From Lysobacterales bacterium (GTDB lineage Bacteria; Pseudomonadota; Gammaproteobacteria; Xanthomonadales; Marinicellaceae), in contig JAMOMK010000104.1 in assembly GCA_027067055.1 (NCBI GenBank), positions 59,572 through 123,571 of the forward strand: a stretch of 64,000 nucleotides of DNA, given 5' to 3'. The position numbers and the translations under genes were made by a program. Below, one piece after another: positions 11,500 to 21,228 of the stretch. The notes under the pieces are model-generated. The model worked only from the letters and a program-made list of their open reading frames with translations, made no database searches and was not told the DNA's origin. Each line of letters begins with the position of its first letter. Position 1 is the first letter of the stretch.

Positions 11500-12726
11500 A
11501 TGGTAACTAAATCAAATCAAATTGCAGAATACGTCACTTATTCTTGGAGTGGCAAAGACAAAACAGGCAAAAAGCTAAAAGGCGAAATCAAGGCAAAGTC
11601 GCAAACGATAGCCAAATCAGAGCTAAGAAGACAAAGCATTACTGTTAGTAGAATTGGCAAAAAAACCAAACCGCTTTTTTCTCAAGGCAAGAGAATATCT
11701 GCTCAAGATATTTCTTTGTTCTCCAGACAGCTAGCAACAATGATGGAATCTGGCGTACCTATGGTTCAATCTTTTGAAATAATCGAGGGCGGGCAAAAAA
11801 ACCCCAACATGGCAAAGCTTGTTAGCAAGGTTAAAACAGATATTCAATCAGGTTTAAGCTTAAGTGAATCGCTTGCCAAACACCCTGTTCACTTCGATGA
11901 GTTGTACTGCAACTTGGTTGCCGCAGGTGAAAAAGCCGGTGTTTTAGATGAACTGCTTAACACCATTGCCACCTATAAGGAAAGGACCGAAGAAATCAAA
12001 GGCAAAATCAAAAAAGCCATGTATTACCCTGCAGCTGTCCTTGTGGTTGCGTTTGGTGTAAGTGCCTTGTTACTACTAAAAGTTGTTCCGCAGTTTGAAG
12101 ATATGTTTAAAAGCTTTGGTGCTGACTTACCCGCGTTGACCCAAGTAGTGGTTCGTGCATCTGAAGCTCTTCAAGAGCATTTTTTCTTTTATTTATTGGT
12201 CGTTGTTGGTTTTATTGCGGGGTTTATTATGCTCAAAAAACGTTCATTAAAATTTGCTCATGCTTTAGATAGGATCTCTTTGAAGTTACCAATTGTCGGG
12301 AATATCTTAAACAATGCAGCCATTGCTAGATTTGCACGTACACTCTCCACCACATTTGCTGCGGGTGTTCCTTTGGTTGAAGGGCTTGATACTGTAGCAG
12401 GGGCTGTTGGCAACATCGTATATTCTGATGCTGTGCACAAAATAAAATCAGATGTTTCAACAGGACATCAACTGCAATTAGCCATGCAACAAGTAAATAT
12501 CTTTCCACACATGGTTGTCTCAATGGCTTCCATTGGTGAAGAGTCGGGAAACCTTGACTCCATGTTAGCCAAAGTTGCTGATTATTACGAAACCGAAGTA
12601 GCCAATGATGTAGATGCAATGAGTTCCTTAATTGAGCCATTGGTTATGGTTGTTATTGGTGGACTTGTTGGTGTTATGATTGTTGCCATGTATCTACCAA
12701 TATTCAAACTTGCTGCAGTTATGTAA
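11500..12726 (+). CDS. pilC: Type IV pilus inner-membrane platform protein PilC (GspF family)
   Basis: Duplicated GspF domains and the conserved synteny pilB-pilC-pilD. Confidence 0.9.
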   Translation: MVTKSNQIAEYVTYSWSGKDKTGKKLKGEIKAKSQTIAKSELRRQSITVSRIGKKTKPLFSQGKRISAQDISLFSRQLATMMESGVPMVQSFEIIEGGQKNPNMAKLVSKVKTDIQSGLSLSESLAKHPVHFDELYCNLVAAGEKAGVLDELLNTIATYKERTEEIKGKIKKAMYYPAAVLVVAFGVSALLLLKVVPQFEDMFKSFGADLPALTQVVVRASEALQEHFFFYLLVVVGFIAGFIMLKKRSLKFAHALDRISLKLPIVGNILNNAAIARFARTLSTTFAAGVPLVEGLDTVAGAVGNIVYSDAVHKIKSDVSTGHQLQLAMQQVNIFPHMVVSMASIGEESGNLDSMLAKVADYYETEVANDVDAMSSLIEPLVMVVIGGLVGVMIVAMYLPIFKLAAVM

Positions 12727-12728
12727 TA

Positions 12729-13637
12729 ATGGAAATATTTGATTTATTAGAGCAATCTCAAGTACTATTAATAAGTGCCACTTTTGTTTTTTCTTTATTG
12801 GTTGGTAGTTTTCTTAATGTTGTTATTTATAGATTTCCAAAATCCATGCAATATGAATGGACTGTTGACAGTGTCGCTCATCTTAGTGATACTTTTGATG
12901 AATTAAAAGAGCCTTTAAAAAAATACAGTGAAATTAAAAAACCTGACAGTATTATTTGGGTGCGCTCACACTGCCAAAACTGTAATCACCAGATTAAAGC
13001 CTGGGAAAATATTCCTGTTCTTGGTTTTTTATTCTTAAGAGGCAAATGTTCAGGTTGCAAAACCAAAATTTCGCACCGTTATTGGATTATAGAATTACTC
13101 ACTGCCATTCTAGCGACAATGGTTGTTTATCATTTTGGTTGGTCGTATCAATCACTAGCTGGCATTGTCTTAACCTATTTTCTCGTTGCTATCTCAATGA
13201 TTGACTTTGATACCATGGTTATTCCAGATCAGTTTAGTTTAACCTTGATGTGGATAGGTTTATTTTTAAGCCTGTTTGGTATTTTTGTTGACACACCAAG
13301 TGCCATCAAAGGAGCGTTGTTAGGCTACCTATTGTTGTGGACGATTTTCCACCTATTCAAGTTACTCACTGGTAAAGACGGGATGGGCTATGGTGACTTT
13401 AAGCTACTTGCAGCAGCCGGTGCATGGTTTGGCATGAAAATAGTCATGGTTGTAGTGATTTTATCTGCTTCGGCTGGTGCAGTAATTGGCACCTTATATA
13501 TTGTGTTAAGCAAAAACAGCAAGGACAAGCCCATACCTTTTGGTCCTTATTTAGCCCTTGGCACATGGATAGCCATGCTTTATGGCAACCAAATCATCAA
13601 TTGGTATCTTAACTTTTCTGGACTCAACTCAATCTAG
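12729..13637 (+). CDS. pilD: Prepilin leader peptidase / N-methyltransferase PilD
   Basis: N-terminal CxxC..CxxC zinc motif (CQNCNH...CSGC), the A24 peptidase membrane core, and GDFKLLAAAG. Confidence 0.9.
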   Translation: MEIFDLLEQSQVLLISATFVFSLLVGSFLNVVIYRFPKSMQYEWTVDSVAHLSDTFDELKEPLKKYSEIKKPDSIIWVRSHCQNCNHQIKAWENIPVLGFLFLRGKCSGCKTKISHRYWIIELLTAILATMVVYHFGWSYQSLAGIVLTYFLVAISMIDFDTMVIPDQFSLTLMWIGLFLSLFGIFVDTPSAIKGALLGYLLLWTIFHLFKLLTGKDGMGYGDFKLLAAAGAWFGMKIVMVVVILSASAGAVIGTLYIVLSKNSKDKPIPFGPYLALGTWIAMLYGNQIINWYLNFSGLNSI

Positions 13638-14236
13638 TGAAAACCCAACCCTGCATTGCCATTGGACTAACAGGCGGCATAGCCAGTGGCAAATCAGCTG
13701 CTAGTAATAAGTTTGCAGACATGGGAATACCTGTCATTGATGCTGACATCATTGCGCGTGAAGTAGTAGAACCTAAAAGCAAAGGTTTGCAACAACTCGT
13801 TAATGCCTTTGGGCAATCTATTCTAGATGGAGAAAAACTTGATCGTTCAAAATTACGTGCTATTGTTTTTAATGATTCAGAAAAACTCAAACAGATAAAT
13901 GCCATATTGCATCCACTAATTGGTCATGAAATACGTAAACAAGTTAATGTAATCAAACAACATTATTGTATTGTTGTCATTCCACTACTGTGCGAAAGCA
14001 CACGATATGATTGGCTGGATAGAGTGCTTGTTATAGATGTCAGCAAAGAAACTCAAACCAAGCGATTATTAAAACGCGATGCTATTACTATTGAACTTGC
14101 CAACAAAATGTTAGACAGCCAATGTTCACGAGAACAACGATTAGCTATTGCCGATGATGTACTCAATAATGAAAAAGACTTGAAACAACTTTACCAACAT
14201 ATCGAAAGATTACATCTACTATACAAATCCTTATAA
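13637..14236 (+). CDS. coaE: Dephospho-CoA kinase (GTG start overlapping the pilD stop)
   Basis: P-loop GLTGGIASGKS. Classic pilBCD-coaE arrangement. Confidence 0.85.
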   Translation: MKTQPCIAIGLTGGIASGKSAASNKFADMGIPVIDADIIAREVVEPKSKGLQQLVNAFGQSILDGEKLDRSKLRAIVFNDSEKLKQINAILHPLIGHEIRKQVNVIKQHYCIVVIPLLCESTRYDWLDRVLVIDVSKETQTKRLLKRDAITIELANKMLDSQCSREQRLAIADDVLNNEKDLKQLYQHIERLHLLYKSL

Positions 14237-14311
14237 AACGCAAAAAATATTATGCATTTTACAAAACAAAGCGTTATACTACGCATCCTCATTTATGTAA
14301 AGCATAAAAAA

Positions 14312-14388
14312 GGGCCCGTAGCTCAGTTGGTTAGAGCATCCGACTCATAATCGGCAGGTCCCCCGTTCAAGTCGGGGCGGGCCCACCA
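14312..14388 (+). tRNA. tRNA with CAU anticodon: elongator tRNA-Met, or tRNA-Ile2 (lysidine-modified)
   Basis: Cloverleaf read by hand: acceptor GGGCCCG/CGGGCCC, D arm GCTC/GAGC, anticodon loop CTCATAA, T arm CCCCG-TTCAAGT-CGGGG, CCA encoded. G1-C72 is paired, so it is not an initiator. The anticodon arm and T loop resemble E. coli ileX. Confidence 0.85.
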
Positions 14389-14435
14389 TTTAACATTTTA
14401 CAAAAATCATTAATTTACTAAACCCAGCTAATGAC

Positions 14436-15132
14436 TCACCTTTTTTGTGCCATTGCAAAAGGATAGCAGTTTTCTACAGTGTGGGTTTCTAAACCTAGTA
14501 ATTTAATTTCTTCAGCCAGTTGTTGATAGGCTGAATCAACATTTCCAGCTCCAAGAGCATCCAAATCCATATAACTCCAGATTAGTTTCAACACCATTTC
14601 ATTAGTAAGGCTTCTTGTATCATAGTAGATTTTCTTGTAACTATCTTTAACCCAATCTTGGCTTATCAAAGCATTATAGCCCTTCATCAAAATATTCAAT
14701 TTGCTCTTTAGTGCCTCTAGGGATTTCAAAATCAGGGTATAAAGGCAAGACGACTGTTTCGATAATATTATAAATTGGTGTCTCAAACCTTGGCATATTC
14801 CGCACACCAGCTAACCACCCACCGCTTTTAAGCAAATCATCTGATTTTGTAAACACTATTGCTTTGGGGATCCAATGCAAGGCACAGCCTGAAAACATTA
14901 AGTCAAATTTCTTATCGGATTTAAACTCTTCAAATGTGCAGAGATGCATTTTAATCGCATCATTGTCTTTGAATAGTGTATTGAGTATTTTGACAAAGTT
15001 TATTCCTGACTCAATACAATCCAGCGATTGTGCTAATGTACTTAGTTTGTGAGTTGCCTGACCAGAACCACTACCAACCTCTAATATATTTTCAAGTCGG
15101 CCGAGTGAGTCGTCAGAAAATAATTTTTTTGG
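14436..15132 (-). pseudogene. Degraded class I SAM-dependent methyltransferase (Tam-like). It is N-terminally truncated with no start before motif I, and has one internal frameshift.
   Basis: Hand translation of the minus strand gives ..KKLFSDDSLGRLENILEVGSGSGQ.. (motif I) in frame with the 14674-14949 ORF. The reading then continues in another frame (14436-14807). A stop lies immediately upstream at 15135-15133. Confidence 0.5.
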
Positions 15133-15177
15133 CTATTTCGGTGGGCAAGCCCACCTTGCTTGATTGTATTTAAGAAA

Positions 15178-15885
15178 TTAGACTAAAATCTCATAAACAG
15201 CCCATGGTTGCCAAAGAGCTGGTTCGACGTGATTTTCAGGATTATTAGCATAATCTGATGCCTTTTCTGCTAGTGCCAGCTCATCAATTAATCCAACTGG
15301 ATTAAACTTAATATCCAGTTTTTCAGAAAAGTCATTTTCTAAGGAACTGCACAAATATGAATGAAAACTACCATATTCAAAACCAAGAATATCATGACCA
15401 AGGAATTTCATAGTTGGATCAATTATGTTCTTATTCTTATTCTTAAAAGTCTTATAGATGCCATGAAAATCATCAGCAATATTCATGGATTCAGATGATT
15501 CTATAAAAAGGTTTCTGTGTTTTTCTGTAGTAGCAATTGCAACAAGTTTTAAATTTGGGATATTATTAAAATATTGATTATAGTATTCTTTAGCACACTC
15601 CAAGTCAGAAAAAACTTCAGAAAAACCATACTTATTGGCATTAAAATCATTATCAGTTTTAACTTGTAATTCATGAAACTTTTCTAAATTAATTCCAAGT
15701 TTCTTTGCATATTTTTCCTTGTCATTTTTAGAACTAGAAATCCACGACAAACAAAACTCTAAGGGATGCAAATTGCAAATACAATCTGATAAGCTTAAAA
15801 TATTTTTTGGTAATATATCATGATTCATCCCTCCTCGAATAGGAGTCATTTCTACCAAATAATAACCACCTACAAATAATTTCAT
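15178..15885 (-). CDS. Hypothetical protein (235 aa), AT-rich
   Basis: Long ORF in stop-rich AT-rich DNA, 3 nt downstream of the DUF819 gene. No recognisable motif. Confidence 0.45.
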   Translation of the reverse strand: MKLFVGGYYLVEMTPIRGGMNHDILPKNILSLSDCICNLHPLEFCLSWISSSKNDKEKYAKKLGINLEKFHELQVKTDNDFNANKYGFSEVFSDLECAKEYYNQYFNNIPNLKLVAIATTEKHRNLFIESSESMNIADDFHGIYKTFKNKNKNIIDPTMKFLGHDILGFEYGSFHSYLCSSLENDFSEKLDIKFNPVGLIDELALAEKASDYANNPENHVEPALWQPWAVYEILV

Positions 15886-15888
15886 AAT

Positions 15889-17169
15889 TTAGTGAGCAAT
15901 CATTTGCAACAAAACTCCCGTAAACCACGCACCGTAAGTTCCGATGGCATAACCAAACACGGCTAAAAGTACACCAACAGGTGCGAGTGATGGGTGAAAA
16001 GCACTGGCGACAACGGGTGCCGATGCGGCTCCGCCGACATTGGCTTGGGATCCTACGGCAAGGAAAAATAATGGTGCTTTGATAAGTTTGCCGACAACTA
16101 ACAACAATATGGCATGGATGGAGATCCAAATACCACCAATTAGGAAAACCACTGGGTCATCAAATATTTTCATGACGTCCATTTTTAAGCCTATTGTTGC
16201 AACTAAAATATAGATAAAAACAGAGCCAACGGCTGATGCGCCACCGCCTTCTAGGTTTCGTGCTTTTGTGAATGACAAGAACACCCCTATCATTGTGGAT
16301 ACCACAATCAACCAAAAGAATGGACTGCCTAATGAATAATATTCATGTAGAATTGGGTAATTTTCTTTAATAAGTGGTGAAATCCAATTGGCAAATGCGT
16401 GTCCAACAGCTGTTGCAGAAAAAGCAACAGCAACAATTAACATTAAATCATTGAGATTAAATTTACGGGCATTTTCGGTTTGAAAAGTTTCCATTTTAAG
16501 TTTTATACGTTCGATAGCAGATACATCAGCTCCTGTCTTGGCATCGATGCTTTTTGCGCGTTTACTCATAAATAATAGCGTCCCCATCCAAATATTTGCC
16601 CAAATCACATCTACGGCTATCATTTTTGAAAAAGCCGCATCGGAGACTTGGTAAATTTCTTTCATGGCTGCTTGGTTGGCCCCACCACCAATCCACGACC
16701 CTGCTAATGTGGTCATACCTTTCCATATTTCATCTGCAGCGGTACCTGCAAAGCTTTCAGGAAATACCGCTCGTACCACCATAAAGGCAACTGGTCCGCC
16801 AATCATAATTCCCGCTGTACCTGTGAGAAACATTATTACCGCTTTTGGTCCCAGCCTAAAAATACCTTTCAAGTCAACACTAAGTGTTAGTAAGACCAGT
16901 GAGGCTGGCAGTAAATAACGTGAAGAAACATAGTACAAGCTCTTAGCATCGGCATCTTCGATTAAACCAAAGGTGTTTAACAAAGAGGGTAAAAAATAAC
17001 AGAGTAATAAGGCAGGGACAACACCATAAAACTTTGTCCAAAATTTGGTTTTGAGTTGCCCTGTGTAAAAAACCAAACCTAAAATTGCGGCAAGTACGCC
17101 AAAAAGTACAGCATCGGATTGGATTAATGGTATAGTTTGTTCATGCATAATTTTATTTCCCCTATTCAA
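15889..17169 (-). CDS. DUF819-family polytopic membrane protein (putative transporter)
   Basis: About 12 predicted TM helices. Overall resemblance to the DUF819 family (GGANQAAM, GSQANVGGAASAPVVA). Confidence 0.7.
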   Translation of the reverse strand: MNRGNKIMHEQTIPLIQSDAVLFGVLAAILGLVFYTGQLKTKFWTKFYGVVPALLLCYFLPSLLNTFGLIEDADAKSLYYVSSRYLLPASLVLLTLSVDLKGIFRLGPKAVIMFLTGTAGIMIGGPVAFMVVRAVFPESFAGTAADEIWKGMTTLAGSWIGGGANQAAMKEIYQVSDAAFSKMIAVDVIWANIWMGTLLFMSKRAKSIDAKTGADVSAIERIKLKMETFQTENARKFNLNDLMLIVAVAFSATAVGHAFANWISPLIKENYPILHEYYSLGSPFFWLIVVSTMIGVFLSFTKARNLEGGGASAVGSVFIYILVATIGLKMDVMKIFDDPVVFLIGGIWISIHAILLLVVGKLIKAPLFFLAVGSQANVGGAASAPVVASAFHPSLAPVGVLLAVFGYAIGTYGAWFTGVLLQMIAH

Positions 17170-17694
17170 AACATTCGTAAATTTGGTTCTAAGACACCAG
17201 TAATTTATAAATCTGCTTATATCGATTCACAAGCCTGTGTTATTGGCGATGTAGAAATTGGTAAAAACTCATCAATCTGGCCAATGGCTGTTATACGTGG
17301 TGATGTTAATTTTATTAGAATTGGTCATAATACCAATATTCAAGATGGCAGTATACTACATGTCACCCATAAAGGTGAATACGGCGATGGTGCTCCTTTG
17401 ATAATTGGTAATAATGTTACTGTTGGTCATGGTGCCATTTTGCACGCTTGCACTATCGGCAACAATTGCCTCATCGGCATGGGAGCGACAATAATGGATA
17501 ATTGTATTATTGAAGATGATGCCATGATAGGAGCAGGTACGATGTTACCACCAAATAAGCACGTCAAGTCTAGAGAGTTATGGCTTGGAAATCCTGCTAA
17601 AAAAGTGAGAGAATTAACTGATGAACAGGTTCGACAAATAGACTATTCAGCACAACAATATATTAAATTAAAAAATAATTACAGCGAAGTTTAA
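17137..17694 (+). CDS. Gamma-class carbonic anhydrase family / hexapeptide-repeat protein (YrdA-like)
   Basis: Left-handed beta-helix hexapeptide repeats, IWP..V.RGDV..I.IG..TNIQDG..LH. Start uncertain; the 5' ends overlap the divergent DUF819 ORF. Confidence 0.8.
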   Translation: MFMHNFISPIQNIRKFGSKTPVIYKSAYIDSQACVIGDVEIGKNSSIWPMAVIRGDVNFIRIGHNTNIQDGSILHVTHKGEYGDGAPLIIGNNVTVGHGAILHACTIGNNCLIGMGATIMDNCIIEDDAMIGAGTMLPPNKHVKSRELWLGNPAKKVRELTDEQVRQIDYSAQQYIKLKNNYSEV

Positions 17695-17777
17695 GTTATT
17701 CAAAAGAATCCACATAAATATAATCCGTTGCTGCAAATAAAGTAAACTCTAACAAGGGTGAAATGGCAAAGTATTTT

Positions 17778-19088
17778 TTAGTCTTGTGCAATAATTTCTA
17801 AGGCTTTACTCAATGCCTTATCTGATTTAACTTTTACATGAGGGCTAATTCCAATCCTGTCAATTCTATCGCCTGAGTATGTGATGTAGTCATTAAGTGG
17901 AATTCCTAAAGAGATACCATCATCGACAGGAAAAGTATTCATAGACAGCATAGCCCCTCTAGTGTTTTCTCCTATTATAGTGGCAATTTTTTCTTGCTTT
18001 AATGCATAGATTAATGGTTCACACGTACTAGCGGTATTGCGGTTAGTCAACACATAAACCTTGCCTGTAAAATGGTTTTCTGATGGATAGATTTTCAAAT
18101 AACTTCCATATTTTTCACTGGCTTTGGTTATCCACTCTTGCATTGTGCCGTCAGAAAATTCATTGAATTGTGCGTATTCTTCATGTGTGGGGGCGCGATT
18201 ATGTTGTTTGTACCATTTTTGGTTTGGAAAAATACCAGCAATTAGTGGTTTACTGATTAGAAACTGCCCTAAAGGATAAGCAGATAAGAAATTTCCACCA
18301 TAGTTATTTCTTAAGTCAATAATAAGGTTGCTATAGTTTTTAGTTTGAATTTGCTCCAATAAATCCTGCATTTGTTGTTTTGTACCAGTAAAACTATCAA
18401 TGGCTAGTACAACGGTATTTTTGTTGATTTCTGTGAGTTTGGCAAACGTATTTTGAGTTGTTGTTTCTTTTTTATCACCTATTGGATTGAGTTGATAATG
18501 TGAAAAGGGAAATTCTCGAACAATAGCAAAAAAAGCAATTTGCATCTCAAGATCGTCTTTAATATTACGTGTTAATTTCAATATTCTCTTTTTAAATTTC
18601 ATCCATTTTTTAGTCTTTAAGAAATCTTGTTTATAAAGATTGTCTTCAGTTAATTCAAAGACATGTTGATAAATACTATTATAATCGCGTTTTGCGGTGA
18701 ATTTTTTCACTTTATGACCCTTTAAATCAAAGGTTTTACCATTCTTTTGTTCTACCGTTAAAATCAAGGAATCGTTCTCAATCGTTCCTTTAAAATGTCC
18801 TTTGCTGAAAAGATTTTGGATTTCACCTGTTAGGCTGTTTCCATCAACTACACCATTGAGATGAATGATTTCTGGATATTTCATTGATGAAGTCAGTTTG
18901 ACAAGTGTGAACTTTGTCCATCCAACAATATTTTTTAGTGCATTTTTACGTGTATATCCTTCTATGACATTATTCTTTATCTCGGTAGTTAGATAGAAGT
19001 TAAAACCATTTGGATCAGAAACATACCATTTGTCTTTTGCAACAACTGAAGTTGAAATTACAATTAATAGAATAAACAGTTTGTTCAC
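17778..19088 (-). CDS. S41-family peptidase (C-terminal processing protease-like), secreted
   Basis: Signal peptide. Ser/Lys dyad context TASTCEP and IIGENTRGA. LIIDLRNNYGG motif. Confidence 0.65.
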   Translation of the reverse strand: MNKLFILLIVISTSVVAKDKWYVSDPNGFNFYLTTEIKNNVIEGYTRKNALKNIVGWTKFTLVKLTSSMKYPEIIHLNGVVDGNSLTGEIQNLFSKGHFKGTIENDSLILTVEQKNGKTFDLKGHKVKKFTAKRDYNSIYQHVFELTEDNLYKQDFLKTKKWMKFKKRILKLTRNIKDDLEMQIAFFAIVREFPFSHYQLNPIGDKKETTTQNTFAKLTEINKNTVVLAIDSFTGTKQQMQDLLEQIQTKNYSNLIIDLRNNYGGNFLSAYPLGQFLISKPLIAGIFPNQKWYKQHNRAPTHEEYAQFNEFSDGTMQEWITKASEKYGSYLKIYPSENHFTGKVYVLTNRNTASTCEPLIYALKQEKIATIIGENTRGAMLSMNTFPVDDGISLGIPLNDYITYSGDRIDRIGISPHVKVKSDKALSKALEIIAQD

Positions 19089-19475
19089 ATTAAGGCTCCA
19101 GAAAATAAAAAAGAACTATAACATTGTGGTTGTTAGTTTTTAGTTAAAAAAACAGAGGTACAGTATAAAGCCAAAATAGTGTTGTTAATAATAAAGCAAT
19201 GAAATTTTTTATAGAAAAGAATAATATTTTATAACTCCCTCGACCTTCCACGTGCATTATAACCTTATAACCCACTCTTACTTATTACCCAAATTCCGAC
19301 ATAGAAAACACGGTTAGAACACAAGTCCTTAGCACGCCTAGCAAATCTAAAAAATGACTAACCACCAATAAGGTGGCAACGTATTTTTTATTCGCTATAC
19401 GCACCAAGTGATTGCACTCTATTTCGCGTTTCTATGTCGAGATTTGGGTATTAACATTATTCTAGAAAGAGTCAA

Positions 19476-20222
19476 TTAACTTGATGTGATTTTAATAGTT
19501 TGTGATAAAGCATAAAGTGCATTATGGTGACTTGAGCTTTGTAAGTTATTACTCAACAAAGTGAATTGTATCAGCCATTTGTTTTTAAATATTGCTCCTT
19601 TGGTTGTATAGCGGTACTTAGGCATATATTCATTACTAGTAAACGTTGTTATTGCACCTTTTCCATTATTTACATTGAAATTTCGAATATTTACCTGTGT
19701 CTCTTTTGACTTTTTGACAAACCGACTACCTAGCAATTGAACCAAATCATCTATCTCTTTTTGGCTAAAGTTTTTATTGTCTGGAAAGACAAAATCAATC
19801 ATCAAAGAAGCCTTTGAGCCTGCTTGCTGATTATTCATTTTAATGTGGTATAACTTATTACTGTAAACTTTTTTAAAATATTGCCATTGCTTAGGTAGAT
19901 TAATCACCATACGATAATGACCGACAGTAGCGTGTAAAACCGCGCTATTTGTTGATTTGTATTCGGTGCTTTTAATTCTCCCTGGGCTTTTAATGACTTT
20001 TTGTTGCGTTTTCTTTGTAATTTTTTGTTTGATCACAGCTTTTTTCTTCGGCTTTACTGTGACTTGATGATTTTTTTTAAGCTTGAGATTATAAACATCA
20101 ACACTGCATTTTTCCTCCTGAAATGAAACCGTACCATTTGCCAAAATACAGCGATGTATTTCGAGTTTTTTTGCATAAATCACACTTGAACAAAATAAAG
20201 TTAAAACTATTAACAACCTCAT
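19476..20222 (-). CDS. Hypothetical secreted protein (248 aa)
   Basis: Signal peptide MRLLIVLTLFCSSVIYA. Basic and Lys-rich. No recognisable domain. Confidence 0.5.
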   Translation of the reverse strand: MRLLIVLTLFCSSVIYAKKLEIHRCILANGTVSFQEEKCSVDVYNLKLKKNHQVTVKPKKKAVIKQKITKKTQQKVIKSPGRIKSTEYKSTNSAVLHATVGHYRMVINLPKQWQYFKKVYSNKLYHIKMNNQQAGSKASLMIDFVFPDNKNFSQKEIDDLVQLLGSRFVKKSKETQVNIRNFNVNNGKGAITTFTSNEYMPKYRYTTKGAIFKNKWLIQFTLLSNNLQSSSHHNALYALSQTIKITSS

Positions 20223-20223
20223 G

Positions 20224-21225
20224 TTAATTATTACAGTAATTATTTAAATTCAATAATAGCTCTTTTTTTCGTTCACTATTTGCAAAACTGCCATTAATGG
20301 CATTTTTAGCCATTTGGATTATGCCTGCCTTGGTTACCGCAGTGTTTTCGACAATACTAAGCATATTTTCGGTCAGATATGCATTAAAATGAGCGGGATC
20401 ATCTGAGTGAATACTAACATTTAAGCCTTTATCTAGCATTATAGGCAAAGTGTGTTGCGACATATCTTTAAAGATTTTTAATGCCACATTTGATTGTGGG
20501 CAAACAGTTAATGGCAATTGTGTCTCAACCAAATACTCCACTAACCTCTCATCATCCAGACAACGTATACCATGGTCAATACGCTCAACTTTGATGTCTT
20601 TGATTGCAGACCAAATATAATCAGCAGGAGCCTCTTCACCCGCATGGGCTATCACATGAATGCCTGCATCACGAACCTTTGCAAAAGTGTCTTTAAACAG
20701 AGACGGCGGATAACCGACTTCGATAGCAGAAAGACCAATCGCTAATATTTTATCTTTAAAAGGCAACATCAGTTCTAAATCTTGTTGTGCCACATCATTG
20801 CCTAAATGACGAATAAAACAGGGCATAAAACCACCTGTTATTCCGTATAGTCTTTTAGCATCGATAAAAGCACTATGCAAAGCGTTAATAACAAACTCTG
20901 GTGGATACCCATAATCCACATAAGTACGAATATCAGAATGAATTTCTGTGTGTTGGATATTTTGTTCCACACATTTTTTAAAATACGTCATGCACACATC
21001 ATATAAGTCTTGCTCCGACTTAATCACACGTGTGCCAAGCATGTACATATCAATAAATTCAGTCAAATTATTAAATTTGTACGCTGCTTTGAGTTCATCA
21101 ATATTGTTGTATCCAATCTTATAATCATTATGATGTGCCAACTCCCACAAGGTTTCAGCTTCCATCGAACCCTCAACATGCATGTGAAGTTCAACTTTTG
21201 GCATTTTTTTAATAAATTTTTTCAT
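20224..21225 (-). CDS. add: Adenosine deaminase
   Basis: PKVELHMHVEGS zinc-binding motif, SIHSDDPA, and HG..A..E. Confidence 0.85.
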   Translation of the reverse strand: MKKFIKKMPKVELHMHVEGSMEAETLWELAHHNDYKIGYNNIDELKAAYKFNNLTEFIDMYMLGTRVIKSEQDLYDVCMTYFKKCVEQNIQHTEIHSDIRTYVDYGYPPEFVINALHSAFIDAKRLYGITGGFMPCFIRHLGNDVAQQDLELMLPFKDKILAIGLSAIEVGYPPSLFKDTFAKVRDAGIHVIAHAGEEAPADYIWSAIKDIKVERIDHGIRCLDDERLVEYLVETQLPLTVCPQSNVALKIFKDMSQHTLPIMLDKGLNVSIHSDDPAHFNAYLTENMLSIVENTAVTKAGIIQMAKNAINGSFANSERKKELLLNLNNYCNN

Positions 21226-21228
21226 CTT

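Noticed and set aside
12326-12640. 104-aa ORF antisense in pilC
   Set aside because: It is antisense to a conserved gene.
15818-16129. 103-aa Cys/Arg-rich ORF
   Set aside because: It overlaps the DUF819 gene in another frame and has no support.
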